From: an uncultured Candidatus Saccharibacteria bacterium
GTDB taxonomy: Bacteria > Patescibacteriota > Minisyncoccia > Phycocordibacterales > UBA1006
Direction: 5' to 3'
Length of the DNA stretch: 38,620 nucleotides
NCBI GenBank assembly: GCA_964601935.1
Contig: CAZROP010000002.1
Span: 73,299-111,918, forward strand
The notes under the pieces are model-generated. The model made no database searches, had not been told where the DNA came from, and saw nothing but the letters and a program-made list of their open reading frames with translations. Both the position numbers and the translations under genes were made by a program. Within the stretch, counting starts at the first letter, position 1. Each line of letters starts with the position of its first letter. Below are positions 37,008-38,620 of the stretch, piece by piece.

Positions 37008-37035
37008 TTGAAATATATTCAAATCATGCTAGTAT
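37008..37035 (+). promoter_or_regulatory. Promoter TTGAAA, 16 nt, TGcTAGTAT for tRNA-Cys
   Basis: TTGAAA lies at 37008-37013 and TGCTAGTAT at 37027-37035. The -10 element ends 8 nt before the first nucleotide of the tRNA. Confidence 0.5.
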
Positions 37036-37043
37036 TCTTGCAT

Positions 37044-37115
37044 GGCGTAGTGGCGAAGTGGTAACGCGGCGATCTGCAAAATCGATATGCGCAGGTTCGA
37101 TTCCTGTCTACGCCT
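37044..37115 (+). tRNA. tRNA-Cys (anticodon GCA)
   Basis: Acceptor GGCGTAG/CTACGCC, anticodon loop CTGCAAA, T-arm GCAGG-TTCGATT-CCTGT, and discriminator T (U73, as expected for Cys). CCA is not encoded. Confidence 0.88.
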
Positions 37116-37128
37116 CAATTATTGAAGA

Positions 37129-38301
37129 TCAGTTTCTAGCTGCCGCTGGAGCACTCTCTACAGTATACTCAGCTAGGTACTTTTCGATTCTTTGTATGTC
37201 AGCTTGTGTTAAATCAGGAAGTGTTAGGGCGTTTTTTAACTCAACTACTTCAAAATACTTTTTACCGTCACGAGTATATTTATGTGTGTAGAGAGGTATC
37301 AGGGTGTGATTTTTGATAGATACCTGTCCTGTGGATAGGGCACGTTCAATCTCGAGAGTAATCATCATTCCGACATCAGTATAGATATCCTGTTGATTAG
37401 ACATAAAGTTTCCCAGAGACCATGCAACTAATCCTGTATTGCCTGTGGGAGTTGTATATGATTCTGTCGGTTGTATTACATGTGGATGTGTTCCTATAAC
37501 AGCATCTGCACCTGCGTCTATGACTGCATTAACGAACGCCTTTTGTTCTGCATTGGGTGTACGCTGATATTCTACCCCGAAATGTGGCATGACTATTACA
37601 ATGTCTGCTCCTTGGTCTCGCGCACCCTGTATTGCTGCGGTTATTTTGGGTATGTCTATAGAGTTTGCTAGATATAGCTTTTCGTTAGGCAACTGATATC
37701 CGTTAAATCCAAATGTTGCTGCGATGAATCCTACTGATATACCGTTTACAGTTTGTATAACAGGAGTATATGTCAATGCGGGGGAGGTGGTTCCACCTAC
37801 AGGAATCATTGCGCGAGAGTCTATGTTCTGTAATGTTTTCTCTGCGCCAGAAACACCTTGGTCGAGAGTGTGATTATTTGTAGTCTGCAGCATATCGAAT
37901 CCTGATCTATATAGTGTATCTAACAACTCTACGGGTGCATCGAAATTAGGAAAACCAGAAATAGTACTATCACCCGTGACAGGAGTTTCCAGATTTCCAA
38001 CCATAAGATCAGGCGTCAGAGTCAGGTGATGTATCGGGCGTAACACGTCATCGAAATTATATATTCCTGTTGCAGAATCTTTGGCCGCACGTGCCTGTGG
38101 GGTATGCATCATAATGTCGCCAACAAAGCTAATAGTGATGTGTTGTGGCTTTGGCCTGATGATGCTCGACAAAGTCTCGGTTGCTGTTATTGATCCTGAA
38201 TTCGCAGTATTGTCTCGGTATATAAAAAATGAAATACCTGCCAATATCAACAAAATAACGATTAGTATCGTGGTTCCTATTGGGGTGAATCGACTGCGCA
38301 T
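37129..38301 (-). CDS. CapA/PgsA-family metallophosphoesterase-like protein, membrane-anchored
   Basis: N-terminal transmembrane helix, then SFVGDIMMH, GNLE, NNHTLD, GADIVIVMPHFGVEYQ and GADAVIGTHPHVIQP, which are the CapA (PGA_cap) motifs. Confidence 0.8.
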   Translation of the reverse strand: MRSRFTPIGTTILIVILLILAGISFFIYRDNTANSGSITATETLSSIIRPKPQHITISFVGDIMMHTPQARAAKDSATGIYNFDDVLRPIHHLTLTPDLMVGNLETPVTGDSTISGFPNFDAPVELLDTLYRSGFDMLQTTNNHTLDQGVSGAEKTLQNIDSRAMIPVGGTTSPALTYTPVIQTVNGISVGFIAATFGFNGYQLPNEKLYLANSIDIPKITAAIQGARDQGADIVIVMPHFGVEYQRTPNAEQKAFVNAVIDAGADAVIGTHPHVIQPTESYTTPTGNTGLVAWSLGNFMSNQQDIYTDVGMMITLEIERALSTGQVSIKNHTLIPLYTHKYTRDGKKYFEVVELKNALTLPDLTQADIQRIEKYLAEYTVESAPAAARN

Positions 38302-38450
38302 ATATTATTATGATAACTCACTTCCTATGCAAAGTCATTTTGTGTACAAAGTCACAATAATGACACGATCACTGTCCACGGCATTACTTTTCACCATGTG
38401 CATACATGAAGTCAGGCTAAACTACTGGTACAATGAACATACTGTAGTAT

Positions 38451-38620
38451 ATGTCCAAAACAACAAAAAATATTTTGATATTTACAGGCATCCTAATCAT
38501 CCTACTCGGCCTCGCTTTCTTGTTTTCTAAACTCTTCTCCACCAAAAACTCCCCCGACGCATCAGTCTCCCTCCCCTCCATCCTCTCCTCCCTCACCCCC
38601 AAAGAAGGATCTATCGACTC
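38451..38620 (+). CDS. Hypothetical signal-anchored protein, N-terminal fragment that runs off the window
   Basis: The ATG at 38451 opens MSKTTKNILIFTGILIILLGLAFLFSKLFSTKNSPDASVSLPSILSSLTPKEGSID with no stop before 38620. TGGTACAAT lies at 38426-38434 upstream. The ORF track did not list it because the visible part is shorter than 60 aa. Confidence 0.45.
   Translation, partial: MSKTTKNILIFTGILIILLGLAFLFSKLFSTKNSPDASVSLPSILSSLTPKEGSID

Noticed and set aside
37058-37291. 77-codon plus-strand ORF
   Set aside because: It starts inside tRNA-Cys and runs antisense to capA.
38081-38602. ORFs 38081..38530 (+) and 38417..38602 (-)
   Set aside because: The first is antisense to the capA 5' end and crosses the divergent promoter region. 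The second is antisense to the better-supported signal-anchor ORF that starts at 38451.

Overview
This window looks like a gene-dense chromosomal segment of a small-genome bacterium. I infer Candidate Phyla Radiation / Patescibacteria from the 16S gene and from domain-minimised housekeeping proteins. I cannot confirm that without a database search.

I support about 37 protein genes, read with the standard code because TGA is used as a stop. They are: a pepF fragment; a HlyD-adaptor/FtsX-permease/ATPase exporter; an MFS transporter; RNase J; an orphan family-5 solute-binding protein; secG; groES-groEL; lemA plus a TPM-domain gene; a Pif1-like helicase; a four-gene thiol-disulfide operon; a VirD4/TraG-like P-loop ATPase plus a Nudix gene; parB; rel; a peptidoglycan-binding protein; pheS; a SET-domain gene; terC; msrB-msrA; an RGG/zinc-ribbon/Lys-rich protein; pheT; L25; a coiled-coil lytic transglycosylase; thyA; and capA. 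RNA genes are tRNA-Leu(TAG), tRNA-Leu(CAA), tRNA-Cys(GCA) and one 16S rRNA gene. I see no CRISPR array, transposase, integrase or prophage signature.

The observations most worth follow-up:
1. The 16S gene carries a 121-nt hairpin insertion in helix 40 and an expanded V1. It lacks the CCUCC anti-Shine-Dalgarno tail, is not followed by a 23S gene, and is enclosed by its own processing stem and terminator.
2. No gene has a recognisable Shine-Dalgarno sequence. Many first-in-operon genes have a TGnTAnnnT extended -10 element 6-11 nt before the ATG, which is the layout of leaderless mRNAs.
3. An ORF-less unit of about 225 nt between groEL and lemA has a near-consensus promoter and an intrinsic terminator. 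It is a candidate structured RNA.
4. A DsbB / thioredoxin-like / CxxC-membrane-protein operon.
5. An orphan coupling-protein-like ATPase with a roughly 500-aa uncharacterised N-terminal region.

All family assignments come from motif recognition by eye. No searches were run.
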